A stretch of 62,554 nucleotides of DNA, filler included, from Sphacelaria rigidula (Eukaryota), in the NCBI GenBank assembly GCA_964200075.2. It is 7 parts of 7 records of this genome, joined end to end, with 100 filler letters (N's around TTAATTAATTAA, not from the genome) between each part and the next. Parts side by side here need not be neighbours in the genome. Positions count along the whole stretch, not along the records: positions 1 to 8,852 come from CAXNAA020009937.1; positions 8,953 to 17,803 come from CAXNAA020009938.1; 5 more parts are not named here. One strand, given 5' to 3'. The position numbers and the translations under genes are program-made. Positions 1 to 12,790 of this stretch are shown here, in pieces; positions within the stretch are counted from its first letter, which is position 1, and every line of letters starts with the position of its first letter. Below the pieces are notes generated by a model. The model did not search any database. It had not been told where the DNA came from and worked only from the letters and a program-made list of their open reading frames with translations.

Positions 1-1329
1 TACGAAGATTTTAATCCTCCGGGTTCTCATCCTCAATCAATAGCACCATCCTCAATATAGATGATGGCTGTTTAGAGGTGTTCAAAAATAGGGGATCTCA
101 ACGTGTAAAGGATTCAGTGTAAGTGGACCGACGAAAGCCATCTACGCCACTGTTTTGGGGTAGTACTATCTTATATGCACGGTACATGGTTTTCCACCTG
201 ACGTGCGTGGCGAACAGTCGTGTTCGTCTGACGCAACTTTGCGGTACGAGCGGACGGCGATTCGTAGTCTACACAAACTTTGAGGAAACACCCTGAGATG
301 AGGTTAGAGAGGTCACTGCAGATACTGCTTTCAGCCGAAGGAGTGCGTTTTGTTCGCCGCCGCACGGCCGTATATCCTACAGGATCGGCAGACTTTCTCA
401 TTCTCACTCCATTTTCAGGCCGTTTATAAGAGTCAGCCAACATAATTTGATGAAGATATCGCTGAATTAAAAGGTCTAGGTCGCCGGTTTCGAGTGTATT
501 TTTCGCCTGGTTTTACAGGTTTCTTAATATCATATGCTGCCAGAAGTCCAGAATTTCGAAACATTTTTGCGTTTGCTCAGATGATCACGCTGGGTATGAG
601 AATTAGGAAACAACCAATTCCTTGATGATTGGCGTCTGAGTCGTTTTGACTGGTTTGTTGGGGTCAAAAGCAGCCGGTAGTGACCGGTCACCCTGAGGAA
701 CCCGTGAAACCGACCAATACTCCGAGTTCGTCGACCCTGGCGACCTCGGCCTCTCCTTCAGGAACATGTGTGTGAATTTTCGTCTTGTAGCCCTCCAAAC
801 CAGCGTGGAGTTTGTCTGCCGAGTGGCCATAAGGCCGTCGAAAGGCCTCAAGGCGGGAGAAGCTCGCTTGAGGCGCCTGTATTGTCGCACTCGCTACAAA
901 TCGTTCAGTACAGTTCTGAACAGCTACCTGTATGAAATTATTTGGCCCGATTGAATAGGGAAACAATTTCACGGCACCCACAACTTGAGTGGTGGCTCAA
1001 GTATGTAGGGGTATGTTCTTGTTAAACAAGCCAAATGCCATGGTTGATCACACGAGACAGAGTATGCTACTTTTCACGGCTTGAATTGCAGCTTTTTCCC
1101 TCTCTTGACGCCGCTGAAAGCTTGCTCAGTTGGAACGGACATTGGTCGATGAAGGATGAGGGTTGTGCAAACCATGAATCACGTTAACAAAGCTTCCACG
1201 TCCACCTGCTCGAATTGATGATCCAATCGAGTCTGTCAACAAACCTATTTGTCCGACGTTGATACCTGCGTAAGAAGTCAGCTCCTCCCGTCCGCGTTCG
1301 CGCTACGTGTACCTCTCACTCTTGTGCAG

Positions 1330-2466
1330 GAGGGGCTCAGGCCCATTTCACGTGTTACCCTGGGAGCATTCGAGGACATCGGATACATCGCCAATGCCAC
1401 CGCTGTGAGTATGGAGTGAATCATTCGATATTTTCTAGGGCCTTCCGCCCACTAATCCCCAGAGATTCAAGTCGTGTTCACAGAAAACAAATGTTAGACA
1501 CCATCACGATCATTGAGCGGGAGCACCCGCCAAACAACTCTAACTCGGTTGTGAGAAGGGCAAGCCAGAAAGAGGACACCCACGGAGCAGATCAAAACAG
1601 AAGAACGGAACAGAAAAATAGAAAAACGACGGGACGCTAGCGAGAAGTCCGACTGAGAACAGTTCCGATAAAACCTACCCCGACAACCCCCGACATGGCT
1701 CTGCACAGAGAGTCGTAGAAGATGTGAGATCAATGTAGCAGGCTGGGAATCTGCTTATTGGAGGCAGTACCATTGGGAAGGTATTCTCGATTCCCTTTAT
1801 CCGGGAGAACAAAATCCCACACTAAGTCACGACGCGCACCGCAAGATCAACATGGCAGACGTGACCAGAAAAGAGAAGAAGAGCAACTGAGATGAAAGTT
1901 GAGACCTACAGTGATCGACCGTTCGCCCATATTTCTATGCGGTGCTTTCCCTGACGAGTCTAGTGCGTGTGGGCAGAAACCGCAACGTTGCGAATAGCCT
2001 GGTGCAGAGGGATGGAGTGAGGCCCTGTTTGCCGTAGAGGCACCGGAGGAGTCGCCATGCCTGCGCACTGTACAGCTGCGGAGCCCACCTTTCTGACTCC
2101 ATTGAGTTTCGGTGCTGCGTCGTAGCAGAGCCAATTTCGACCAACATTGTTTCGTCAACACATCGGTTTGCTTGGATCGGTGGGGTTATAATATCCCCCT
2201 TCTGTGATCGTGATCTACGAAGTCACGTACGATGCAGCCATGCAGTAAGCGATAAAGCTTGATCGTCATCTCGGATGATGACTGAGTATCGAATGTATAG
2301 AGTGCCGTGCGAAACACGCTGTCATTGTAAGGTACCGATGCCGCCAACCGTGGGTTTTGTGTGAGTCGCTAAATATTGCCAAAACCTCCTGTCCGTTCGT
2401 TTGATACGAAACCACCCCCAGGCCGATCCGTACAACTTCCCACTCAATCTCGAGAGATACGAATAA
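1330..2466 (+). CDS. Last two exons of a leishmanolysin/GP63-like (peptidase M8-type) zinc metalloprotease gene (1330-1404, 2422-2466); 5' part not located, probably upstream of window
   Basis: cag|GAG...GCT|gtgagt exon encodes EGLRPISRVTLGAFEDIGYIANATA and joins in phase 0 to cag|ADPYNFPLNLERYE*. Together they match the PLSRxTxAxLEDxGYxVxxxxAD C-terminal motif of M8-like peptidases. HExxH not seen. Confidence 0.7.
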
Positions 2467-2743
2467 AACTGCTACCCTGCGTCCCCATCTTCGGGCGCTA
2501 CCTCTCCGGAACCCGCCATGGCTATGATCGATACCTCGGTTCCACCAGGATTTGCCTTCACACCTCCTCTCTAACAACGCGGAGATGCGCGTTTCGGGTG
2601 GTGATTCACTCCAACGGAATCCAACGGAGAGATACCGTGTCATGTTTCCCCATTGTCAGCGTATTTTCAACTGTGCTATCTTATAAAGGATTTTCGGGGC
2701 GATGCCGGGTGGCGGTGGAGTGTCACGTGGCTAACGAACGTCG

Positions 2744-2962
2744 CTGTAATACGTGAGAGGACCGCGTGCTTAGAGGACCACATCGGAATTTGAACATCCC
2801 TATGGTTAGGGTTAGGGTTAGGGTTAGGGTTAGTGTTGGGGTTAGAGTCAGGGGCGTGGTACCTGCAGGGACTGGCCCGATTGGTTTTGAAAAATGTCGA
2901 TCCTGAGGTATTTTGAACAACGGTGCGGTCCTCTAAGCACACGGTCCTCTCACGCATTACAG
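2744..2962. mobile_element. 219-bp MITE with ~42-bp TIRs, TCG target-site duplication and an internal TTAGGG array
   Basis: Left end ctgtaatacgtgagaggaccgcgtgcttagaggaccacatcg; reverse complement of right end ctgtaatgcgtgagaggaccgtgtgcttagaggaccgcaccg. TCG at 2741-2743 and 2963-2965. Confidence 0.85.
2806..2853 (+). repeat. Interstitial telomere-like (TTAGGG)n: 4 perfect plus 4 degenerate units
   Basis: ttaggg x4 followed by ttagtg ttgggg ttagag tcaggg. Confidence 0.9.
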
Positions 2963-4839
2963 TCGCTCTCCTCGTCATCGTAGATGAAATCGAGGCAATT
3001 TCCAGCGACGACGAGAGCCCAATCTATTTATTTTATCATGTTGAGCGATAGCGGGCGCAACACACTACAGGCGATCGACGTTATATGCGAGGTTAGGGCT
3101 TCAGGGATATGCAGACGCCGACTGCTCATGGTTTGTTGTGAGGCCATCAGGTCGGCACGGGTCATCTTTTGTGTGGCGATTCAGCGGTGGGGGACTTTAT
3201 CCAGAACGCAAACACTCATTTCAGTGATATACCGAAGCCCAGTTGTGGCGAAGCAGGGCGTAGTGGAGAAGATGCGTGTCGTGACTGTGGTGCTGCATAT
3301 CATCTCATGGCTACGACCGTTTCGCATAGCAATCCTGTTACGGCGGATATTAGTCGCATACATAAAAGGCATTCTCGATGTGCGTGATATGTGCGTTAGG
3401 TCGTATTCCAGCTGTACTTTGTGTGTTATATTCCAGTAGGGTTTCGCAGTGCGGTAGTACCACCCGGCCAGTCAGTCGGTTTAGCTACCTAGCAGCGCCT
3501 AATAACAAAAGCTATCAGCCACCACTTGAAGACATCTTGCTTGCAAGTAAGTCAAGAGTACTTCTCTGCACGTGAAAGTTAGTCTATGTTTTGCCTTAGG
3601 ATGCAGTGCTGCTTCGGACTCAAGGGTCTATGTGCCACGAGCTGGAGCCGCTCCACTCGAGTGCAGTTTTTTGTTACGGCCGGCCGTTTGCTTATTGAAA
3701 CCCCTGGCCTGGTGTGTTCCTAGAGAATGATACCGTTATCACCTCGTCGCAAGACCACGACAGTACGCATACAGATACTGTCATCACATTCTGATGAAAT
3801 TGATGGCAGAGCAGCTCTTTTTCTGGGGTACGCAGCGTCGGTGCGGCAATAACATTCCCACGTGATCAATAGGCCTGTCTTCGGAGTACTTTTCGTTGTC
3901 ACAGGAACGCTGTGATTATTCGAATGATCGTGTTGATCAGATGATCTTGCAGCAACAACAGCCCCTTGCTGTGTGCTCAAACAGCTTACTGCTCCGCTTG
4001 CAGTAACTGGGGAGAAGAAGGTGATGGGTTGTAAGTCTTTATTATTACATTCCGCACGCAGGAAATGGGGTGAAGAGAGGTGAGAGCGACGAGTGAAGGA
4101 GTAGGGCATAGAGCACTACCCTGTCACGACAGTCTACGATCCAAAAACTACAGCGTCGCAAGATCCGCTATACACTTCTAAAAATATAGGAACTCGGAAC
4201 AATTTGCCTTCCTCCAGTCACAAGGGACGTTCCTAGTAACCTTGCCAGAATATGCGAAGGCCTCGCAATTTGCCCGCCCATGCTTCTGGCTTTTGTCTGT
4301 AGATCAACTATGAGCTGGGCCAGCCAAAAGTGGGTAGTTTTCTCGCTGAGGCGACGAACGGCGTAAAACTAGGAGTTGGACGCTGAAAGTTCGACAGCAG
4401 CTTATTATAATGATTGACATGCAGAACATGCCGAGAACAGCGAAAAAAAAACAAAGGAAGTTATGGGATTATGAAATTTCAGCAAAAACAAGATAATGTC
4501 ACAAGTCCAGGAAAAAATGAGAACCTGCAGCTGCTGCCGGGATGTATCATTACCTTGGGTGCAGAAGGTCTTTGTGAAAGTTTAGCTCAAGAGTCGTCGA
4601 ATTGGGTCGTGCGTGCAAACTTTTGCGTGACGCTTCTGCACCCCACATATACCCAGTGTGGGGTGATTGCTGACGTGAACCCACCGCAACATAAAAAACG
4701 CACTCCGACACGCTATCGCTAAACGATATCAGACGCACCCCGTACTCAATGATGTACAATAACGCCATCGGCAATACGACGCCAATCGAAGAGCGACGCA
4801 GTCCTCTGCCATCAGGTGGGTCTGCAGCTCACAGTGATA

Positions 4840-4931
4840 TGTTTACATCGGGTTCATTCGGGAAACGGGGAAAGCTGTGGTGTGAGAAACGTTTAGCCGC
4901 TTGCAAGCTGGTCCAGCTCGTACTTTGAACA
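4840..4931 (-). repeat. Candidate short 3' LTR (92 bp) of the copia element, preceded by a polypurine tract (4932-4943)
   Basis: Minus strand reads aggtagggaggg|TGTTcaaag...gatgtaAACA. No matching 5' LTR is visible to confirm the end. Confidence 0.5.
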
Positions 4932-7900
4932 CCCTCCCTACCTGTATCGACTAACAAGCCCAAGCATAACCTTATTCCCGTCGAATAAACTACACTAGAT
5001 CGAACTCCCTACTATGATCGCTCATCTCAAAATGATGGGGTCCACCACAAGGAATAAAAACGGTGAATTCTACATCGTGCCTAAGAGAAAATCACGGTGC
5101 CTTTCGAAGCTCTCTCTACCCATGGCTTTGGTTAGAATGTCCGCATACTGTTCTTCTGATTGAGGATACTTCACAGATATGTCACTGCTAGCACCCAACT
5201 CCCTGACGAAATGGCACCGTATATCAATGTACTTGCTGCTTAACAAACTTGAGGGGTTTTCAGCTAACTCTATCGCCCCCTTGTTGTCCTTAAAAACGCG
5301 AACGCTTTTCGCCCCCAGACTGGGCAGTAGAAACTTCAAAATCCCCCTCACATACAGGGCCTCCTTGACACCGTCTGCCATTGCTACATACTCTGCCGCA
5401 GTAGTAGATAGGGTGACGCACTTCTGCGTCCTAGAAAACCAAGGCCCCAGCGTATCTCCACAGCAAATAGTTGACGGAGCGTCGGTCTTCTGCATTATGG
5501 GCGTAGTCTGCGTTAACGTACGTATCCAACTCAAATTCCCACTGAAGATATCCCAAGCCACGACTTTTCTTGAAAAGTAAACCTAAGTCCGACGTGGCAT
5601 TCAAATGCTCGAGTATTTGCTGTGCCGCCTTGCAGTGAGTCAGCTCGGGTTCATGAGAGAGCTGAGCGACTGCCCGAAGTGCGCTCGCGATATCGGGCCT
5701 CGTCTGGTTCGCTATTCACATCAAGCTCCCGACGATCTCACGGAAAGGCACATCCACCACGGTCTCCCCTTCGCTTGCATGCCTAAGGTCTCAAGAAGGG
5801 GTAGCGGGAATGGGGCTAGTCTTCGAGACGTCAAAACAATTTAGCACACTCTTATTGAAATGGGTCTGTGAAATCTTCAAAGTCCCTTTCTCCCCGTCCC
5901 ATTTGTACTCACTCCCCATGGACCACTCTACCTCTCCGAGATGTGTAGTGGGAAATATCTGATTGAGTGCACCGACGATTACCTTAGTCACTTCCTCAGC
6001 GGCTGCTGTCATGATATTGTCCACATGAACGACCATCATCGCCACGACGTCTTCGGCAACCCTCAGTCGAAATACACAGGGATCTACCAAGCATTGCTCG
6101 AAACCACACTCCATCAGGGTTGACGAGAAAAGTCGATACCATGCACGACCACTCTGCTTCAAGCCGTTCAAAGCCTTGTTAAGGCGGATCACCTTACCAG
6201 ATACGGTTCCACAACCGGAGGGCTGGCGTAAGTAGATATCGGTCTCCAACTCCGACTGAATGAAAGCTTGGTCTACATCCAAGTGCCTCAAATCCCAGTA
6301 CAGCTTACATGCCATAGTCGCCACTAACCTGTTTGACGTCGCAGATGCCGTAGGGGAAAATGTGTCGGAGTAGCCTACTCTATTTGCCCAACTATACCCC
6401 ATGGCTACCACACGGGCTATCGCCCGGTTAACAATTCCATGAGAATCACTTTTCCACTTATACACCCACTTCGCGCCCCCAATGTATACACCCACTTCGC
6501 GCCCCCAATGTTGCACTCCCTTGGAATGTCAGCCACGTCCGCGAACATTCCGGCAGCCATAATCTCATCGAAGTCTACTCTCATCGCCTGCATCCACACA
6601 TTCAAGTATTGTGATGAACATGCCGCAGGGTATGACAACGGCTCCGGCCCCGCTTGCTTCATGAGATATTATTTTACCCCTTCATCAGGCCCTCACATGG
6701 TCACGAGCCCAGATGGTTCTTGATTTAGCGCTCGCGTTTGCGTTCTGGTTCGTCCAAGTTCCTCGCCATTCTCAGATCCAACCAGATTTGACTCAAGTTG
6801 CCGCGCCACAGTCCGCGCTGCCGTTGGAACCAAAACACTTTCGTCCGATGAAGCCGAGTCGCTCTCCTCTACTGAGAGGTCGCCGTCTACAGACAGCTCA
6901 CTACTCGCCGATGGTAAATGAACACCTGAAGAATCAGTTAAATTGTCGGGAGGCGGCTGATTTTCTTCGCAAAGAGATCCCCGCTCACCTTCACCGCCAC
7001 GGCCTGCGCTCTTCGCTGGAAATGTCACTCGACGCTGATGGGGGATTCCTCCACCCAGTTGCGGCAATGGAGTCGGTGGAGCAGAGTCGAAATCATCTAG
7101 GTCTTTCGGCTCTGGAGTATCTCCCGGCTCCGATGTCCCTCCCAGCTCCGACGCTTCTGCCAGCTTCGGCGAAGCTGACTGCTGCAGATGTACCGGCGAT
7201 ACCACCATGACCGGCGGCGCCTCCCAGGTGACGTCCCTCGTCTCAGATACTTTATTGGCCCGCGTCAGCATCCGCAATGAATCGCGGGGGTGATCGATGC
7301 CCGACCCGAGGTGGAACCTTCTCTCGCATCTGTGGAGCGACTCTGACGGTCGGTTCCATCGGCAATAGCCCGGACGAAGAAACGGGTGTGGTGACCCAGG
7401 TGCTGCCTTACCGTACCATATCTCGCACGACGATTTGTTACCTAGGTTGCACGCCATCACGGTACGATTGAGGGCGTCACACGTCCAATATATCGCCTCA
7501 GTCCAGAGAGTCTCCGATGGTAACAGCTTGACATGTGAAAAGGGGGTGAGGGGCTTGGATGCGAGCCGCAAGTGCGTCGTTTTGAATGATACCTAGAGCT
7601 CTCTCGGTAACGCCGTTCAGTTCCGGACACTTCGCGGTGGTGAATTCCTGCTTGGTACAGTAGTGTCTACACACTCCTCCGAAATCAACACCGAAAACCT
7701 CCCCTCATTCGTCAGACCTGACTATTATCACTTCCGAAGGTATACCATCGGCACGTACATCAACAAAAACTGCCTGAAAGCGTTAGCGGTATCAGACTTA
7801 CGCCCGAGAAAATATACCCATGTGTACCGAGTAAATGCGTCGTTCACTATCATTACATTCTTCTTCCCAAGCAGCGACAGCGTTCCCTTAGGACCGCTGA

Positions 7901-8640
7901 GATCAACAATTTCCTCTTCCTCGCTTTTGTAAAGCACGAGATGTCGTGCTCTTACGATTGGTTTCCCGTAACCCTTTGCCATAGAACATCCTGTACACGG
8001 TTTCAATTTACCCAGTAAATCTATACCTAGCGATTCTGCTGTCTCTCTCAACAGAAGTTCTTCGGCATGTCTCTGTACGCAGTAGAAAACGTTGATGTCT
8101 ACCGCAGTCTCGCGTGAGTCAACACTACCGGGGGCTAAAACAGGGAACGCCAGGGGAACAGGGGGTCGGATTTCACTGGAGCTTCCACAGACTCCGGAAC
8201 CAACAAGTGAGGGGAGATGCAGTCATCATCGGAATCAATCTTTCTACCATACGTTGAGTATCCAGATCCATCACTCCAAAACCTAAGACGCCCATCCAGT
8301 AGGGTCACACTCTTGCCGGAGTCATCAGTCGAGAGGCCTACTCCTCGTGTGTACGCAGCCACAAGTGAGAATAGATTGAAAGCTAAATCCGGTACGTATG
8401 CGATCTTCTCAAGCCTTACTGTTACTACTCCAGCCCTGTGGCGGAAAACTACTGTCAATGACCCATAACACTCAACGTCGATGAGGGTATTATTATCGAT
8501 CTTGACTTTTTCTTCAGATGGTTGCAAATCACGGAGCATTTCAACTGATTCAGTCATATGGAATGTTGCTCCACTATCAGCTATCCACCTGTCAATACCA
8601 TCATTACTGCTATCATTATGCACTCCCACCGTATCGTCAT
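4840..8640 (-). mobile_element. Degenerate Ty1/copia LTR retrotransposon (protease-integrase-RT-RNaseH); 5' end interrupted or lost
   Basis: Minus-strand ORF fragments in copia order: protease WIADSGATFHMT (8135-8743), GAG-pre-integrase/integrase CTGCSMAKG..VDLSGP..DAFTRYTW (7728-8051), RT KWVYKWK..HLDVDQAFIQ..LKQSGRAW..VHVDN (5791-6516), RNaseH LSTTAAEYVA..DNKGAI..YADILTK (5070-5561). Multiple stops and frameshifts. Confidence 0.95.
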
Positions 8641-8651
8641 CCTGGTTGGAC

Positions 8652-8852
8652 ATCCATGAGGCAGTGTAAAAGCCGTTGCTGTCTCTGGAAGTGCCGATAC
8701 CGCAAAATGAAACAACTCGTTGTTGGCTTTCATCCGAGGGCAAGATTATCAGTAGGCTTGGGGCCGAATACTCTTAGCAGGATGCAGCTCACCCTTCATG
8801 AGACTCGCCGAACACACCACGGCGCTTCGCGCTTGTGGGTTTGAGTGCAAGC
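8652..8852 (+). mobile_element. Copy of dispersed retroposon-like family B, abutting or inserted in the copia gag region and cut by a gap
   Basis: Shares ctgtctctggaagtg.cgatacc...acccttcatg.gactcgccgaacacaccacggcgct.cgcgcttg with 33010-33421 and 48760-49163. Confidence 0.75.
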
Positions 8853-9307
8853 NNNNNNNNNNNNNNNNNNNNNNNNNNNNNNNNNNNNNNNNNNNNTTAA
8901 TTAATTAANNNNNNNNNNNNNNNNNNNNNNNNNNNNNNNNNNNNNNNNNNNNATGTAAACACTACGTAGTACGATCATCTCCATTGTGCGGAGTTGAATT
9001 GCTCCCACGCCGCACAACATGATCTAGCTCGACTACCATCATGGTTACCGGAAGAAAAAAACGCAAGCGCGCAAAAAAAACTGGTAACCTGGTTGCCTGG
9101 CTTACGCAGTGAATGAGGGGGGGGGGGGAGGGGGAAGTTGTTTGATATTATGAAAAACAGGGACTCACAAGTGTGTCGGACCACCGAACTACTCAATGTA
9201 TGTGTGTTTTTGGGTGAAAAAATCATGTCAAGTGGTATGAATAAGTGTGTCTTATTCGGAGCAAGCGCGCTCGAGCGAACGTGAAAAAAATAACCCAAGA
9301 GAGCAAT

Positions 9308-9567
9308 GCTACGGTAGGGGTTGCACTTTTCGTTTCTGGGTCTCTTTTTGTAGGAGCCCAAATATGTGAGGCCTACTGTGCTACCCAAATCTCCGAGGAC
9401 CGGACTCCCAGAAACATGGTGCTTGCACGCAGCGGCCTTTTCGTAAATCGTCATTATTTTCAGTCTTTTTCAAGTAAAAATGATGCCGATTCTCAAAATG
9501 ATCCGTCCAACACCCCGAGCAGCCCCGAGAAACTTTTTAGCTGAAAAAGTGCAACCCCTACCGTAGC
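9308..9567. mobile_element. MITE with GCTACGGTAGGGGTTGCACTTTT TIRs flanked by AT (ISL2EU/Harbinger-like)
   Basis: at|gctacggtaggggttgcactttt ... aaaagtgcaacccctaccgtagc|at. Confidence 0.85.
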
Positions 9568-11700
9568 ATTGCTCGAGATACCCCTCCCTATCGTGAGCAT
9601 TACTCGGCTACGGACCACGCGTCTCCATGCCAACTTCGTCACAACAGCTACGGTGGCCCTCAGATTGTTTGTCGTCGATTATCTGGTCTCATGTATTCTC
9701 ACACGTAGGCATGGGATTCACGTACAAGTCAATCTGGTAGCAAGTCTCTTCTTGGAAAATATCATTTTCTCGCGAAAGTGCTGTGTTGAGGGGGAGGGGA
9801 CGGAGGGGAAGGCTCTTGAAATAAATGCTCATTTTGAAACGCTTCATCTTGTGAAAGCTTCCCGGTCGGTTCACCTCGGTTCACCTGAACAAGTTCTTCT
9901 TTTTCTTGAACTACTTTCGTTCCATTTGACAACGTACCACCGTTTTCATGAACAACTTAATTTTTTCAAGAGAAGTTAGGGTTTTTGTAGGAGAAATAAA
10001 TAAGCATTGACGAAGGGTATATCGTCGATCCCCCAAAATCAGTAAGTCTCTTGGCTGCTGTCACCATCTTTTTCATGTGTAATCCCTGCGTTTTACAACT
10101 AACATTCTTTTGTCAATGTCATCTCCCAGTATCCGTCAGCGAGTGTCATATCTATCACTGCGCCCCTCTGCGCGTGGAGTATGACACACGTCGGACAGCT
10201 CATGGGAAACCTCGAGTAATAGCTCGTCAAAGCTGACTCTCTGATCCTTTGTCCAAGAACTCACAAACACGTGACAGCGGGTCCGAGAAGCCTGAGCGCC
10301 ACCTTTGCGCCCCTCCGCGTACTCGTTGTCCTGTGATGTAGTCCGTGGGGAGAAAAATTGGGGAAAGGGGCCAATTGAGCTACATTATATTAATAGCTCA
10401 CGATTCGGATCAGTACACTGATTAAGAAGTAATATTCAGGTGGCTCGTGAGCTGTCTGACTTCGCGGAGTTTTGTCGCCGGAACAGCCCCCAACCATGAG
10501 TTTTTATCTGTGGCCTGAAGACGGGCGGTACTTTTTGCCGTACTCTACTGCCGCGGCTGCTGTACGCTCTAGTCTAGCGTACGTTTTTTTTATCACGAAA
10601 ACACTGTCGTCGACTCTCGCGAATAGCGGCGCGAAAAAGCGGGAGTCATACTTTTCACCCCACCCGCGCGTGTACTGTATGCATGAGTCGATGCGGGCAT
10701 CGCTCACGTGAAGTAGTCCGCAGAGGTGTCTAAAGCAAAACATTATCGCGACCGGAGGTCTTGGCGACAGCCACGCGGTGCACACTCAACTGGTTTTGTC
10801 GGATCGCGCTGCGAGTTCCCGAACAGTCCTTGAAGTGAAGAGAGCTACATGCGATCTTGGGAACAAGTTTCAGCCAGCAGAATTTTCTTGGTATAGGATG
10901 AGATGGTGCTGTGATCGTCGACTCCTCGAGCTCGCCTTGAGGACCTTGAATAGCGAGACTGTGAGTTCAACCCCGATTCTATGGAACTACTATCGTAGTT
11001 TCACGGTTATCCTGAAAGGGGACTGCGATGGGATGAGATATAGTGCTTGCAATGGAATAACACACGTTATCTATTCATAAGACGGGAGGAAGCCTCGTCG
11101 ATTCGTGCTCCATCGTTTGGACAACGACGTATTTTGTTTTTCTTCCCGAAACTGTATTAAGACCCAACGTACCATCTATCAATCACACCCTGGATGACGA
11201 CGATAGATTACATCGTCAAAAAATGTACTCCGTGTGGTATCACCCATTGCATCTACTGCGATAGACAATAGATTCCATACTGTACGTTTAATAGTCAGTT
11301 TGTCATTATCATTAAAACTTGACATTTTGGCAACGCTGAGATCGCCCTCCGGCCCCAGCACCGCGGGTCCTGATCATTGATATCTCGAAAACATTGTACA
11401 CCCTTGCTCCGGGATCGGGAACGTACATTCAAGTCGTGAAAAAAGTTATTTTCACTGAGTGTCTCTGCGTCCGGAAGCCTAATTTCGTGGAGTAATGTTT
11501 TTATTTATTTATTTCGTTTTGTTGCTTGTCGCTACGCTGCTCGTTGTATAGTTTTGTTTTGTCCTCTCTCTTGTCTTCACACACACACACCCTCCCCTTT
11601 TCTCGAGCGTCCTTCGGCGAGCAATTCCGATTCTGTTCGTTATGTTGTGGATGCCTATTATCTGGATAATGGCATGGCTGGATTCTGAGTGTAAAGCCAT

Positions 11701-11938
11701 GCTACGATACTGGGGGGGTGTTCGACGGCACGGAAAAATGTACTCTTCGATGCGTCAAACGACCTGAAACACTCGTAGTGCGCTTGTATTTGGGTAAAAG
11801 CGGTGTAAAGCAGTATGAACGAGCGTTATATATCGAGAGCAAGCGCGTTCGAACAACTATTGGCTGCTTTCAACGGCGATTGAAGTGGAATTTTGTGGAA
11901 GAAAATGGCCCACAATACCCCCCCCCCCCCATCGTAGC
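11701..11938. mobile_element. Related MITE with GCTACGAT termini flanked by AT
   Basis: at|gctacgatactggggggg ... ccccccccatcgtagc|at. Confidence 0.7.
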
Positions 11939-12661
11939 ATGACTCCGTATCAGACATTGTACATCACACATTAAATTAACCAATCATCAGTCGTCAATCA
12001 GAGTACCCCTCCTCTCACCCGCGAAGTTCGGGCTTTTCACTCCATCCTACTGTTCATACATATTGCCGACACTTTACTGCTTGTCCCTCTCCTCTCCCAC
12101 TCCTAACCCGTTCTATGTTTCATGACAGCGAGGTAATAGGCCTCAGGTGTTCTGTTTGGACTGAGAGATGAGCCAATCCTTCATCGTCCTTGGGAAACTA
12201 GTGCACGTTATACTTCAACGCAGCTCGATTCGGTCATGTTAGAGTAGGAGAAAGTAGCGTACGTTTGCGTGCCGCCGCGTGCCCGTCGCACAGGCAATCG
12301 ATCGCGAAAGTCTGCACCAGGTGAGGCAACTGTGGAGTCTGCGAGGGAATTTTCGCTCGTGGGTGTATACACCCGATGAAAAAAGTAAAAGGGTTGATGC
12401 CTGAACAACTGCTCGGACTTTTAAACAGTCTATCTATCCTAGGCTTAGCCAAAAGTATGTACCGGAGTCCTGACAGGTCGATGTGCAATCCAATGTGACG
12501 ACCTTACAAAAAAAGAGAAGCGTGTAGGGATAGAAGAAACAAGCACACCGTACCCTGTGGCACAGTCAATTATCGCAGCACGAGTGAAGATGTCGTTGAT
12601 ATCCGCGAGCCGCGTGAGTGTAGCGCTCCCTTCCTTCTCCGTCTTCTTTCGCACTTCTTTC

Positions 12662-12790
12662 ACCCCCCCCTTCCTCGGGGCGAGTTCGCAAGTCTCCAGG
12701 GATCAACCCATCTCTCCTCCCGGTGCTGGCCTGGCATTTTGACATCGCGGGTTGGATCATGACCAACACGCCCGCACTGCGTCGACGAGC
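12662..12790 (-). mobile_element. SINE 3' fragment
   Basis: cctcggggcgagt...gtctccagggatcaacccatctc...ttttgacatcgcgggttggatcatgaccaa is shared with 17903-17950, 53165-53425 and 60985-61330. Confidence 0.65.

Noticed and set aside
8135-8743. N-terminal part of this ORF as copia Gag
   Set aside because: Positions ~8652-8743 are the antisense strand of dispersed family B; the open frame there is probably fortuitous.
8853-8952. TTAATTAATTAA inside N-runs (also ~17.8, 26.8, 35.7, 44.7 and 53.6 kb)
   Set aside because: Identical in every gap and encodes stops in all frames; a scaffolding linker, not biology.
8953-8961. atgtaaaca after the gap, matching the putative copia LTR end
   Set aside because: Only 9 bp and in the opposite orientation to the element; could be chance or a flipped contig, not supportable.
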